A DNA stretch of 64,000 nt, from assembly GCF_009914755.1 (NCBI RefSeq), contig NC_060925.1; one strand, given 5' to 3'. Every line of letters begins with the position of its first letter. The first letter of the stretch is position 1. Position numbers and translations under genes: made by a program. The notes below the pieces were generated by a model. It did not search any database. It was not told the origin of the DNA and saw nothing but the letters and a program-made list of their open reading frames with translations. Origin of the DNA: the human T2T-CHM13v2.0 reference genome, Homo sapiens. This document shows, in pieces, positions 28,645 to 42,268 of the stretch.

Positions 28645-31600
28645 CCACCAACTCCACATTGAGTGCCCACAATGAACACGGTCTTTCTCACCTCCAGGTC
28701 CTTGCATAAGCTGCCTAGGAGCATCCTCTCACCTGTTTTCCACTTGACCACCTCCTGCTTGCCATTCCTCCCATTGTGCTACCTTATCTTGAGACCTTCC
28801 CTGACCATCCAAGTCTAGCTTAGGGAAGCCTCTCTTCTGAGTTGCACAACACTCTGTCTTTTTGCCATCACAACACCTATCACATTGCACAACAGTTGCA
28901 ACACTGTTATATGACTGGTTGTAACACCATTTATTGCACTGTAGGATTTGTGAGAACAATCCTCTCCATCTTATAATCCAATCTGTCTTATTCTTAGTTG
29001 TATTATGGGTGCCTAGTATGTGTTAATGCTGACTAGTACTCATTAAGTGCTTACTACATACTCAGTACCATTCTAAGTTATTTATATTAACTCATGTACA
29101 CCAACTTGCTACCTTATGAGGTAAGTACTATTAATTTTCCCATTCTATAGTTGTCTACAATGAAAAGCACAGGATGAGACATCTGCATTATTCTTGGCAT
29201 TCTTCCAGGTGCACTTTGCAATTCCACCAGCAAACCCCATTGCATGATTTCAGTTTCCAAGTGCAAATCCATCTTAGCCTTAAACTCATTTACGCCATTC
29301 TCTCCCACTATATCAGCCATGCTCGACTGTTGCATGGTGCAATAACTCTCTGCCAGGCTCTGAACAGTTTTCCCAGTCATCAAGAAGGTGCAATTGATTC
29401 AAAGTGTTAATATTTGCTCACCACTGAGACCATCCGGGGGCTTCATCACTCATAGCAATGCTACCCGCTGGAACTACAGGAGTGCAGGGCTCTCGAAGGC
29501 TATGCATGAGCTGATGATGAGAGATGCGGGCTTCTTGGATAAGCAAAATCTCATCACAGAAAGATGTGCATCCTCTCTCCTAACTTGGGCTTTCTGGCAG
29601 ACAGATGAGAAGAGGTTTAAAGTAAAATAAATGGAAATTGCATATCTGTTCATGCTATGAAATCCTGGAGTTCCTGAATCCTCACACATTCATTGAACTA
29701 TCTTGCATATTAAATATGTACTAAGTGCCAGACTTTCTGCTAATTGCCAGGAACACAACACAAAATAAAAGGAAGGCTCCATGGTACCCATCTTCCTGCC
29801 TTCAGGTAGGAACACACCTGTACATCTGTGGCCATCTGCTCTACCTCAGTTCCTTTAAGACAACTGGACTGGCTCACAGAGGAAAGTGAGGACTGTACCA
29901 GGGCCATCTGCAGTGAAGGTCTCAGCCCCACCTTCTTGCTCTGCACATAGCCCTGTCCCTGCCTGTCTCCCTTACTGTGTCCTGCCTCTTAGCATGGGTT
30001 GCTATTTTAAGATCCTCCTTTTGCCTCCCTGGGCTGGTCACTGCCATTACACCTTCCTTGGAAGCAGCAAAATGGGGTGGCCATGAGCATGGGCTCTCAG
30101 CCAGGCAGCCTGAGTTGAATCCATCTCTGCTATACTCTAGCTGTGTAGTCATAGGGAAGTCACTGCAACCCATGTACCTCAGTTTCTTCATCCATAAAAT
30201 GGCAACACAAATGACTGTTACTACTTAAGAAGGTTGTTGAGACAATTGAATGAGGTAACAGGCAAAGTGTTTAAGACAGTACCTGACACACAGTAACAAC
30301 TCAATAAACATGCTAGGTAATTCTGTTATTAGTGTTGTTATCACCTGGTTGATGCTGGATACACACATGCCACTGTAAATCTGGTTATCTCTTTTTATTT
30401 ATGCACATATCTTTCTTTTGTTTAGCAAAGGTTTATCAACTGGCCACAAGGCCCCATTTAGGAACTATGGGGGCTACAAAGGAAAATAAGATGCAGTCCT
30501 CAACTTCAAGGAGCACACAGTCTAATGGCATAAACAAGCAAGACACTTAAAAATAGCCAAATCCACCACATGGAGTGCTTTATATGCTTGCCATTTTCAG
30601 TCTGCCCAATAACCTCATGGAGTAAGCACTCATTATCATCATTTTCATTTCACAAGAAGTCACAGCGAGGCTAAGCAATTTCTCCAGGGTTACACAGCTA
30701 GGAAATGGCAGAGAAAGGATGCACCAACAGGCAGTCTGACTCCAGAGGCTACACTCACGGTCCTTATGCTAGGCAACGATCACAGCACTGACAACTGTGC
30801 TGGAACTTCCTGGGAGCTCCCGGGAAGGCAGCACAAAAGGGACTGATTTCTGACTAATGAGCAGGATTTTTCATGTAGTGCAGGGGAGGGCACACCAAGC
30901 CAGGAGGAGCAGGCTGGGGAGAGCACACATCCGGGAAAGGGGCAGTCTGGGGATGCCAGAGGCTGGCTTCTGTGTGGGGAGAGCAGCAGGGTGAGGAGGA
31001 AGGATGGCAAAGGAGCCAAAGATCAGGCGAGTCCAGGCCAAGGAGTCCGCACATCTCTCATAGGCAGTAGGGGCTCACCCACCGAATGAAGTGGTTGGAT
31101 CTGCAGTTTAAGAAGAAAACCAAAAGCCAACTCTTTCCAACAGGCTTCTCTGCTGGCTCTCTAAGGTAAGGAGGAGGTTCAGAAGACAGCCAGAATTGTG
31201 CTCAAGGTTTATTTGTATTATGGTCTCTGCTGTGGATAAAAGAGCATAGAGATTCTTGTAGATAGACCAGTTTTTCACCCTAGATTTCCTTCTTCTTACT
31301 GTATGACTTTGGAAAACTCGCCTCACATTTCTGAGCTCATCTGCTCCCCAGAGTAAAGAGCGACTGGTGAAAGCCACCTCACAGGGTAGATAAGTGGAAG
31401 GGTAAATTGAGAAACCGCAGATGCCCAGGAGATCTTTTTTTTTCCTGACAGTTCCTCTGTTGCTGCCCTTTCTGCACCCTCTGTGGGGTTTTCGGGGTCT
31501 CCTGCCCAAGGGCCCACAAAGTCCTGGCCTGAGAACAGAGAAGCATGCCTCGAGTGTTGTAAGTGAGTGTGCACAAGTCCCAGGGTAAACTGCCAATTCT

Positions 31601-32111
31601 CGGCTTTCTGGGCCAGCAGCCATGGGCTGTTAAGCAAAAGGCAACATTAGCCCGAGCAGTGTCTTCCATGATTACCTTTGCTCACACACCTTTTCCTGCC
31701 ATGACATCACATTACAACGTGGAACATCTGGTTCCTCGGCAGGGGAATGCCACATCTAACTGTGGGAGGACACTGTTTGGGGAAGCCAGCCAAGCCAGAG
31801 GCTGCCTGCCTCCCTGCTGCTTCCTCCAGTGCTGCCAGCAAGAAGGATGAAGAAGGAAGAGCCTGGGTCCTCAGGGCCTCCATCCCTCCCTTTGGCAGGG
31901 GAAAGGACCAGTCGTGGCCAGGACAGAGGATACTCAGGTCTGACGTGGGCTCAGGAACGTCCTCACTGACCCCACTCTTTCACACACATGGGCTCAACAC
32001 CTCAGAGTATCAGAGAATATGCAGTGACAAATCCACAGGTTTTCGAATGAAAAAGACCCACGGGTGAGTTCTAGCTTTGCAACCCTGAGCAAGTCGCTTA
32101 ACCCCTCTGCT

Positions 32112-32564
32112 TTAGTATTCTAGGGTCGCTGAAACAAAGTGCCACAAACCGGGCGACTTCAACAATAGCATTTACTGCCTCACAGTTGAGGAGCTAGAAG
32201 TCCAAGATCAAGGTGTTGGCAGGGCTATTTCCTTCTGAGGGCTGTGAGATGAATCCGTTCCAGGCTTCTCCTCTAGCTTCTTACAGTTTTCTGGTGACCT
32301 TTGGCACTGCTTGGCTTTTAGAAGAGTCATACTGATCTCTGCCTTCGTCTTCACATGGCCCTGTGTCTGTCTGTCCAAATTTTCCCTTTTTACAGGGACA
32401 CCACTTATACTGGATTAGAACCACCCCCCAACAATGGCTTCTCTTAACTAACTCTATCTGCAATGACCCTATTCCCAAATAAAGTCACATTCTAAGGCAC
32501 CGAATGTTAGGACTTCAACATATAAATTTGGGGTGAGAGGAGGGGTACAACTCCACCCATAACA
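32112..32564 (-). mobile_element. MLT1B/C-like MaLR LTR inserted in a MIR
   Basis: GAAGTCCAAGATCAAGGTGTTGGCAGGG...TTCCCAAATAAAGTCACATTCT...CCATAACA; MIR halves on both sides. Confidence 0.8.
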
Positions 32565-35540
32565 TTCTCTAAGGCTGTTCTCTTCTCAGTAGAGTGAGGG
32601 TAATAAAGGCTGATAAAGCTTTAGTATCCCCATAGGGTTTATTGCACCCCATAGGGTTGTGTGACAGTTAAATGAGGTAGGGAATGTAACTACCTGACAA
32701 AGAGCAGGTATCAGGAAATGTGATTTCCTTTCCCCAAGATGGAGAGAGACTCCTTTTCCATGTAGTTAATCTGCTATCCGCAAATTAACTGAGCTTAGTA
32801 TCTACCCTAACATGCCCCTAGTAGGAATTTAAAGGTCATTTAACCTAACCTCCATTTCAAATAGTAAGGAAACTGAGGCCCCAAAAAATCATTTTGCTGA
32901 TTTAATGACTAGCCTTGGGCTAGAACTAATTTTTCTCCTTGGAATAAGAAGCCATTTAATCCAGGGAACATTCTCTGTATTAAAATATCCTATATATAGC
33001 TCCTCACTGCCCTCCAATAACACTCGCAGTTTGTCTTATGTAGCATAAGTGGTCTTTCTCAAACCTTCCCCATAGCCATCACCTTGTTCAGGCAGGGATA
33101 ACTTATGGCACTAGACAGTTGAGGAAACAGAGGCTCAGAAAGCTACAGGGCTTGGTAGAGGTCACAGACCTCATAAGTAGTAAGACAAGAATTATAGTGC
33201 AAGTCTCACTACAGCTTTGCCAGGGCTTTCTCCTCTATTGCATGGTTTTATATGTGGGTCTTGGTTACCTTCAAATGGTAGAATCCCATGCAAGATTCAA
33301 GGAGGGCTTCTTGGGAAGGCCCTGGCCACCTGCCTCTGCTATTCCAGCTTCCAAGACCTTCCATACAACTATCCTTGCTTCCTCTTTGAAACATCCATTT
33401 TTCATCTTGCTGCTCTGCTGCTCCACAGAGTCCACAGTCACAGAGCAAGGCATGGGGAGACATGGCAAGCTCCCCAGGTTCTGTTCCTGGTGCAGGGTGA
33501 GGACACTCACTACGGTGCCAGGAGTTCCAGCCCTGATGCTCCGTCAGGTGAGGAATTTGATGGAGGGCCTACCTAGTCACCCAGATGGCTTTCTGCTTTG
33601 AGAAAGTTTCTCAGCCCTGAGATGAGTAGATACTACACACCATGCTCGCCCTCACACAGATGCGTCTGAAGGAACATGCACCAGGATCTGGGTGAGTCAT
33701 TTGCAAGAAATGTCAAGAAAGCACACAATGAGACAATTGCATGTGAACATGGATGACTGATAGAGCTGAAAAGTCAGAGAAGGCCAGAGCCAAACTCAGC
33801 ATATGAACTAATAACTCTGATTTATCAACCAACTTATTTATTCATTCATTCATGCAACAAGTACTGATTGAGGGATTACCATGTGCAAAGCACTCAGCTA
33901 GGCACTGCTCAGGAATAAGCAAGGCAACATTGTCCTCACTACCTGGGGCTCTCTGGTCCTTCACCACAGAATGTCCGAAGAGGCCCATTCCATTGGCACC
34001 AAAAGGCTTGTTTTAGGGATAGAAAAGAACAAAATAATTACAGAAAATAAGGCAAGCAGCAGAGCCTTTTGGCTGCTCTGGGGTCACAGTGCTGTAAATA
34101 ACAGAATGTTAAAATGGCCTTGGGGTACAATAACTGAAGAGGGGTGTGAGTCATTTCGTGACGCAAGAAAAAAAATGACACCTTTACAACAGCTGCAAAT
34201 TAGCCTTGCTATAGGAAAAAATCAGAGGAAATGTTTCACAGGAGCAAGGATCCTTGCTCATAACAACCTTTCAGAGAGGACTCTGTAGACCAGAAGCACC
34301 AGAACCTAAAGTCCAGTGTATAGCCCGGGCCCCCACACTTGGCACAGACTCAGCCTATGGTAGACAGAATTAAGCTCATGGAGTAGAAAGAGTGTCTATT
34401 TAGAAATCAGAGAGCTTGAAGCCTAGCATCTATCAAGCCCCTTGCAAGCTAGAGATCTTGGCCAAGCAACTGGGTGTCTCAGAGCCCTGAGTTTTTATCT
34501 GTAAAATGGGCATATTCACAACAAAAAACACTGACAGCCCACTATGTGGTCTCTGTGCTTTCCCTGCATTATCTTGCCTAGTCCACAATTTAACCCTATG
34601 AAGTAGGTCCTAGATCATCGCTATATTTCACAATGGGAAAGCCGCAGGTGGATAGCCCAAGCCAATTGCCATTTCTACAGCTGCTAAGTGGAAAAGACAA
34701 AACTGGTGCTCTATAGCCTGAACCCTTAACACCTTTAACAATAATAATAACTGATTCCCAGTGAGAAAGTGAGGAATACATGAAATTGCATGTGTAAAAG
34801 CATTTGTTGAAAATCAAAAAGTATTGCATACAGATGAGGGTGTTTATTATTTCTTCCCTCCATGGGCATGAATAGACTTACAATAAGCCAAAGAAATTTC
34901 ATTTTAAATCCTACTCTCCCTTTATTCCTCAACTGTTACAGTAAAATGAGGGGCTGGGGATTTGGAGAAACAGTCAGGAGCCAAGGAACCAGCTATAGAG
35001 ATATGAGATAGGGAAGAAAGAACCACGGGGCCTCGTAGCGCACATAATTTGCAAGCTGATGTACAAACTATTTGCTGGGACCAATTACTCTCATCTTAAT
35101 TAATGAACACACAACCCACAATCTGTCTGAGAAATGTGAAAAAATATGGCATGTGTTTAGAGGCTGCAGTGTGCCAGCCACCAGATCTGGAAGCACCTTC
35201 CTCAGACTGCTGGGCTGGGAGTCACCATGGAGACCACGTTTTAGCATCCTAATGACACTGAAATTCAGTTCAAACCAGCTCTTCGAAGTGCCCATGTGAA
35301 GTGCTTGCTGTGTGGCTGGCCTTGGGTTAGGCGCTGTGGAGTGCTCAGAATAAAGGCAGCCCACTCCCTGCCCTAGAGGACGAAGGAGGAAGGATTGCTC
35401 GTCAACCCACCAGCCTTGATTTTGTGCCTCCAGTCTACTCAGTGCGGTGCCTGGCACTGCAGGGGACTCCAAGGCTGAGGCCACAGACTTGCATTCCAGG
35501 CATTTAACTTGGACAGTTGGTAATGACCATAGATAAATTT

Positions 35541-35867
35541 TTTTATTTATTTATGTATTTATTTATGTATTTATGTATTTATTTATTTATTTATTTTGAG
35601 ACGGAATCTCGCTCTGTCACCCAGGCTGGAGTGCAGTGGCGTGATCTCGGCTCACTGCAAGCTCCGCCTCCCGGGTTCACGCCATTCTTCTGCCTCAGAC
35701 TCTCCGAGTAGCAGGGACTACAGGCGCCCGCCACCACGCCCGGCTAATTTTTTGTATTTTTAGTAGGGACGGGGTTTCACCGTGGTCTCAATCTCCTGAC
35801 CTCGCGATCCGCCCACCTCGGCCTCCCAAAATGCTGGGATTACAAGCGTGAGCCACCGCGCCCGGCC
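35541..35867 (-). mobile_element. AluY with the AluYd-type 12-bp left-arm deletion
   Basis: TTTCACCGTGGTCTC (lacks GTTAGCCAGGAT); TSD core ATAGATAAATTT at 35529-35540 and 35872-35883; compound TTTA/TGTA tail. Confidence 0.9.
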
Positions 35868-36491
35868 AACAATAGATAAATTTGCTGAGGGCTTATTCTG
35901 AGTTGGGTACTATGCTACCTAAGCCAGTTGCATATATTATCTCATTTTATCCTCACAACAACCCCATGAATGAATTGACTATTAACTGCTAAAATTTATT
36001 GAGCACTTACCCTGTGCTATGCATGCCCTAGGCCAAGCACTGATAGTTTCCAGGATTTAAAAGCTTGGGCAAGATCACTGGTTAGCAAGTATCACAATCA
36101 GGATTTGAATCCAGGATGTTTAGCTTCAAATGCAGGGTGAATTTAACCATTATATTATAGTACATTAATTCAACTGATACTTATTGAATGCCTTTGAGGA
36201 AGATAAGAATCTTATATTTTAGCAAATTTCAAGTATACAATACAGTATTATTGACTATAGTCAACATGCCATACAAGTATACCTTAATAAAACTGGATTT
36301 TTTAAAAAAGAGTCTAAAATAAAAGACTTATATTTTAGTAAAGGGAACTGGGTGTGAGGGGAAACAAGCAATCAACAAATTCAGTTCATGACAGACTCTG
36401 ATTTGTACTGAAAAGAAAATGTACTTCATGAGTCGATACAAAGGGTGAGAATGGAACAACATGGTCCCCTCCCAGCGGAGAGTGCGCAGTG

Positions 36492-36920
36492 GCCATGGTC
36501 AAGTTGGCGGGCTCCCCTGAAGCAGACACCAAGACAGAGTAGTATGCAGGATGTGTATTAGGATGCGTGGTGATTTTGGAATCTACATCTGTGGAGGGGG
36601 AAAAGGAAGCAGGGGTCAGCAGAGGGAGATGTCGAGCTGCAGTGTAGGCCAGGGACAGTCTTGGCCAACCCTGAGGGAGTCCTGGAGCTTGAACAGTCAT
36701 GCAGACTTGTCCTGACCTGATAACCTCCACATCAACAAGTTATTGGATGAAGGCTATCAGAGGAAGGATCTGACCTTGGGCAAGGCAGCTCCCTGTAGCC
36801 GAGGCAATCCCAGGGAAGGTTAGCAAGTGCAAGCTGTCTGCCCACTGCACTCTCAGAGGCTGGACCAACAAGTACCATCTTGAAGGGATTTCTTGATGGC
36901 ACCTCACAGTGTCCACCACA
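36492..36920 (-). mobile_element. LTR16-like ERVL LTR within L2 sequence
   Basis: GAAGCAGACACCAAGAC...GAAGCAGG...CAGAGGGAGATGTCGAGCTGCAGTG...TGACCTTGGGCAAGGCAGCTC. Confidence 0.65.
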
Positions 36921-37339
36921 AGGGTGATGGTAGAGGAATCTCTGAGGCAGTGACAACTAAGCTGATTCCTAAATAAGATGGGGAAGAGCAAGTGATGAAA
37001 GAGGCTCAAAGCAGCCTACACAGGGGGACATCTCTTCCAGGAGTGGACAAAAGGCAGATCCTCAAAACAACAAATGAATAACATGAGACACTGTGATACA
37101 GAAAAGGAAGTGGACACAATTCCAGTGTTAAACACACCAGCCAGGGGTAGGGGAAATCATGAGGAATGGGAGTATTTATTCAGCATGGCCTGTGGTTTGG
37201 GGTTGGGAAGAGAGATTGATTTGTTAGGCTTAAAACTCTCATAAACTTTTTTATGTTATAATAATCCTATGGATTTAATTAACCAAAACCACTCCCAATC
37301 AACAGAGTGTGTGGCTGTTAACAATAATAATAATTGCAA

Positions 37340-37560
37340 AAGAACATTAACATTATGCCAGGCCCTGTTCTAAGTGCTTTGTTTATATTAATTCTCATAA
37401 TCTCACAACCATACGAAGTAGGTGTTATTTTACAGATGAAGAAACTGAGGCACAAAAAGATTGAGTAACTTGGCCAAGGTTGCATAATGAGTAAGAAGTA
37501 GAGCCAGGCTTCAAATTCAGGCATCTGGGCTCTCGGGTGGCACCTTTGACTATTGCACTG
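37340..37560 (-). mobile_element. MIR SINE
   Basis: Core TTTTACAGATGAAGAAACTGAGGCACA. Confidence 0.85.
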
Positions 37561-38370
37561 TGCTGCTGCCCCAGGTGCAAATCCCTGGCTGTATTAATAG
37601 AGGCAGAGTCCAGCTCCAGGTGCAAGAGTCTTGCTCCTCAGATACCATGAGACACTGGAATCACTTCTTTTTTGCCTGTCCGTTTTCCACCTTGCAGTCA
37701 GAGTGATCTTTTCAAAACAAAATTGAATGACATCTTTCGCTGCTGAATACCTTCAGCGACTCTACATTTCACAGGCTAAACTCATCTGGCACTCAGGGCT
37801 CTGCAGGGCCTGCTCCGGCCTCGCCATTCTCCTTGTATCCCAACACCTCCTCAGAGCCTTTGCTCATGCTGTTCTCTTCACCTGGAGTGTTTTCTCCCTC
37901 ATCTCTGCTCCCCATCAGAATAGCTAATTCCTCTCATTCCACAAGCATCAGACCCTCTTGTTATTCTCTCCTATTACACACTTCCTTTTTCCTTTACAGC
38001 ACTGAATATAATGTTAGTTCCTTATTTGAGTGACTAAAATCACAAATTAAATCAACAATGGTGTAATTCATTGTTTAATGTCTATTTTCCTGCTACAATG
38101 TAACTATGACGAGGAGAGGGACTCCCACGGCCTAGCCCAGTGCCTGGCATAGATGAGGCATTCGTCTAATGCTGTGGAATGCAAGAGTGAATGAATGAGC
38201 TTCTCTGATAAAGCACGTTTGTTCTGAAGAGGGAGGTCAGAGTAACTACCAGCTCTGACACCCAGGTTTCTCACCTGCAAACAATGAGATCTCCTTACAT
38301 AGTTCTTGTGTGGTTAAGCATTAATGTGTGTAAAACACCTACCACAGATTCCAGGAACTAGCAGCCCATC

Positions 38371-38556
38371 AGTAATTGGTATCTATAATGAATCTATCTA
38401 TAATATTTTGTTAGGACCATTTCAAAAAAAGTAAGGGAGACAGAGTCTATGGGTTAAGAGTGAAGTAACTGGTATCTATAATCAATCTATCTATATTATT
38501 TTGTTAGGAACATTTTAAAAAAGTACAGGAGATACAGTCTATGGGATAAGAGTGAA
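38371..38556. repeat. Tandem duplication, 2 x ~93 bp
   Basis: AGTAAYTGGTATCTATAAT...GTCTATGGGWTAAGAGTGAA starting at 38371 and 38464. Confidence 0.9.
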
Positions 38557-38662
38557 AATTCTGTAGCCAACACTCTAGAGTCAAATCCTAGCCATACGTA
38601 TACTAGCTGGGTTTACTGCCATCTCCTTATAGGCCTCAACCAGTTCATCTGTACAATGAGTG

Positions 38663-38741
38663 GGGGGTAATGAGTGTTCCATACACATGCAGCTGTTGTA
38701 TTGGGGATAATGAGTGTTCCATACACATAAGCTGCTGTATT
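38663..38741. repeat. Tandem duplication, 2 x ~40 bp, inside a MIR
   Basis: TAATGAGTGTTCCATACACAT...GCTGYTGTATT repeated. Confidence 0.9.
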
Positions 38742-39341
38742 AAAACAAACAAATAAAGCATTTAGGACAGTGCCTTGCACATAATAATCTTTATCTCAAC
38801 AAATTTTATATACTATTGTCACAAACAGTAAGATAGTATGGAGAATTTAAAGACAGTCTTAGCCAGAAGGAAAGAAGATGAGAGGACAGGAATACAGTTC
38901 TCAAACATTTGAAGTGGAGATGCTGAGGAGAGGGACAAGTTTTCTATGTGAGACTCCAAAGAAGGTAAAATTCAGGGAAGGCTCACATTGGGTCCGTGAA
39001 GAGCACTAGTGCAGATGAGATGCCAGACAAAACAGGAAGTATCCTGGCACATAGAGGCTGGCAGCCAGGGGTGAAGTGGAGGAAACTGGGTGGAAGGTTG
39101 CAGGAGAAACCCTTAAGGGTCCTTGCATCTCTATCGTTCTGAGGTAGGAGGCTTCTATAATGCTTTTGAATTCCACGCAGTAGTGTTTTCTTTCTTTAAT
39201 TCACCTATATATAGCGGGGAAAAGGATGCATTCATTCACTATTTGTCAGGAACATAGCAAAGCTCAAAAAGATGTCTGTTTGGATTTCTGGAACATTTCA
39301 GAACCTCAAAAGAAAGATTATAGGTTAAAAGCACCATGATC

Positions 39342-39697
<356 letters not shown>

Positions 39698-42220
39698 TTA
39701 GTATGAGAATGAGTGGGAATGAAGAAAGGCAAACTGCACCTCTAATGTGTTCACTACTGTCACTTATGCTTGGTGTGACACACAACACCACAGTCTCCTT
39801 GGGCTTCACGAGGCTTTCAGGGCTCTGACCCTGGAGGGCTGGGTGTGCAGAGTCCATCCTTGTTGCATTAGAAGAGCACACAAAGACATGTTGAAGGAGG
39901 CTATTCTGGTAGGCTCGGACATGCTATATGACGGCTTTGTCAAAGAGTAATATGCTCTTATGTGCATCACTCCACAGTACATAATACACAGTCTCATTCC
40001 ATGTAGACTTCAAAATAATTCCATGACATAACTTTTCATTCACTCACTAAATTATCCAACATGCGTTTGTTGAGCACTTACATCTATTGCCTGCTTACTG
40101 TATACCAGGCACTGTTTTAGGTGCTCACCAAACTTACCCTCTTAACCTCATACTTGAAGAAACAGACACAGAGATTAAGTTTGTCCAAGGCTTCCAACCG
40201 AGGCACCGTCCTCTAAAACAACAGTACTTACTGTCCTGATTTAATAATAATGATGAATAATTAATTTTGTCTACCATAATTAGCATAAATAACAAGAATT
40301 GTAACTATCCTTTGTACTTTACGGCGTACCAAGAATACATACATAACCAATCCTATGCACTGTGGCGGGCAATTGTCCCTATTTTAAAAATAAACATGCT
40401 AAGGCCCAGAGAGGTTAATTAACAAGCCCCAGTTCACCCAGACAGCGAGTAGACAGAGGAGTCTGCTCTGTGACTGTCACTGTCTGTCCCTCAATGCATG
40501 TTCAGCACAACACACCTAATATCAATAATTAGTGTCTCCATGTTGAAATGATATCTTATGTAATACATCCATTATTTAATTTGATCTCTCCACGAACCCA
40601 ATGAGATAAAAAGCATTATCCCCATTTCAGAGCTGAGGAAACTGAGGCTCAAAAAGTTGTCAACATGTACTAGATATGTGGAGGGCTTGAGTCAGGCTTC
40701 AAACCCACATTTTCTTATTCCAACACCTATGCTTTTTTCATTAACCTTCCCTGCCAAATATTCACCTATAATGCCTCTTGCGGAGACATAGAAAGCTGCT
40801 GCCCTTGCCCACAGAGTCAGTGCCCCAGGCATTCTCTTTCTCTTCCTTTCAGCTATCCCAGCCCAGAGATTTTGGGGAAGCAGCATGGAGAGAAGCTCAT
40901 GCCTTGCTCAATACTAGGCCAGGCACTTGGGGACCCAACCATCAGGGAGCTGACACAATTTCAGATGCTTGCTGCCCTAATTATTTGATGATCTGTCATC
41001 ACAGAGATAGAACTGTGATGCGGGGAGTGGCATTCTGCTTTTGCCTAGGCAAAAGAAAGACAGCTAAAAATGCTTCAGTTTCAGTTTACAGAAGAGAAAT
41101 CTCCACCAAAGTCTATGATCAATCCCAAATATTGGTTCAGAAAGAAGGATGGAAGGGAATTGGGCAGTTGTGGAGCATCTACTGTGTGCCAGACATCATG
41201 CTGGCAAAGATGTCACACAGTACATGGATTTGCTGGTTTGGTCATCACAACAACCCCATGAGAGAGGGATACATACTTGCGATTTGTAGGTGAGGAAGCT
41301 AAGGATAGTAGTGGTGGATGAGCCAGACACCTGGGGCAGGAGCGGGGCAAGAATCTCAGTCTTACTTCTGCAGAAGTCACATAATGGCTTTAACCAGGAG
41401 CATGATTTAGTTGGAACTGTGTTCTAGAAATATTCCTCTGCTGCAGTGAACTGAGTTCATTTGAGAAGGTAAAGACTGGAGGCAAAGGAGGATGAAGTAC
41501 ATTGTGTGAGATGGGATGCAGGCCTGTGGCTAGGATAGGCATGCGAGGAGTGGCTAGACTCGGGACTCATCAGGATGCTGAATCCGCATCTCTAGAAGGC
41601 CAGTGGAGGCCCAGAAGCAGGACAGGAGTGAGGAGGAGGCAAGGTCACAGTCAGGCTGGAACATGGGTCTCTGGCCTGTGTGACCGGATGAATGGAGCTG
41701 CTGCAAGCTGGTGTAGGAAGGCAGGCTCAAGGGCACAGATGTTGAATTAAGTGTGGAAATGTTGAGTGTCAGGTGCCTGAGAGTGATCCAGGTGGAGACG
41801 CCCAGTTCACAAGTTTCCCCTGGAGCTCAGGAGAGAGCCTGGACCATAGAGAAGCTGCCAGAAGAGACTTGGTGGTTGCAGCCAGGAATGTGGAGGGAAT
41901 GGCTATGAGAGGATGTGTAGTGTGATGTGGGAGTGGGGAGTAGAACAGAGCTCTGGGGACACCAAGATGGGCCTTTTCAGAGGCTTAGCAAGAATGGCCA
42001 GATGGGCAGGAGGAAACGAGGAAAATCTACATTTGCTTTTAAAGAATGAAGTTCTTTCGTGTGTTGTATTCTTGAAGAAATGAAGGGTGTTACTAATCCA
42101 GCTGAGGAAGGATTCTCTGATGTGATCTGTACTATCCTGGGAGAACACACAGTATGGATGGGGAAGATCCAGAATCCATGTGAAGAAGAAATAGGAACTC
42201 TACCTCCATCAAAGGAGAAT

Positions 42221-42221
<1 letters not shown>

Positions 42222-42262
<41 letters not shown>
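42222..42262. repeat. (GT)~20 microsatellite
   Basis: Perfect dinucleotide run. Confidence 0.97.

Positions 42263-42268
<6 letters not shown>

Noticed and set aside
31108-31623. 171-aa minus-strand ATG ORF
   Set aside because: No recognisable homology. Its length is compatible with chance in a GC-richer stretch, and the splice signals here point to the opposite strand.
35541-35597. Alu-associated ATTT repeats (also 21371-21400) as the SCA37-type ATTTT/ATTTC locus
   Set aside because: These are short tetranucleotide tails of AluY elements with no ATTTT or ATTTC pentamer array.
38371-38741. CRISPR-like or satellite array
   Set aside because: Each unit has only two adjacent copies, there are no spacers, and the context is eukaryotic.
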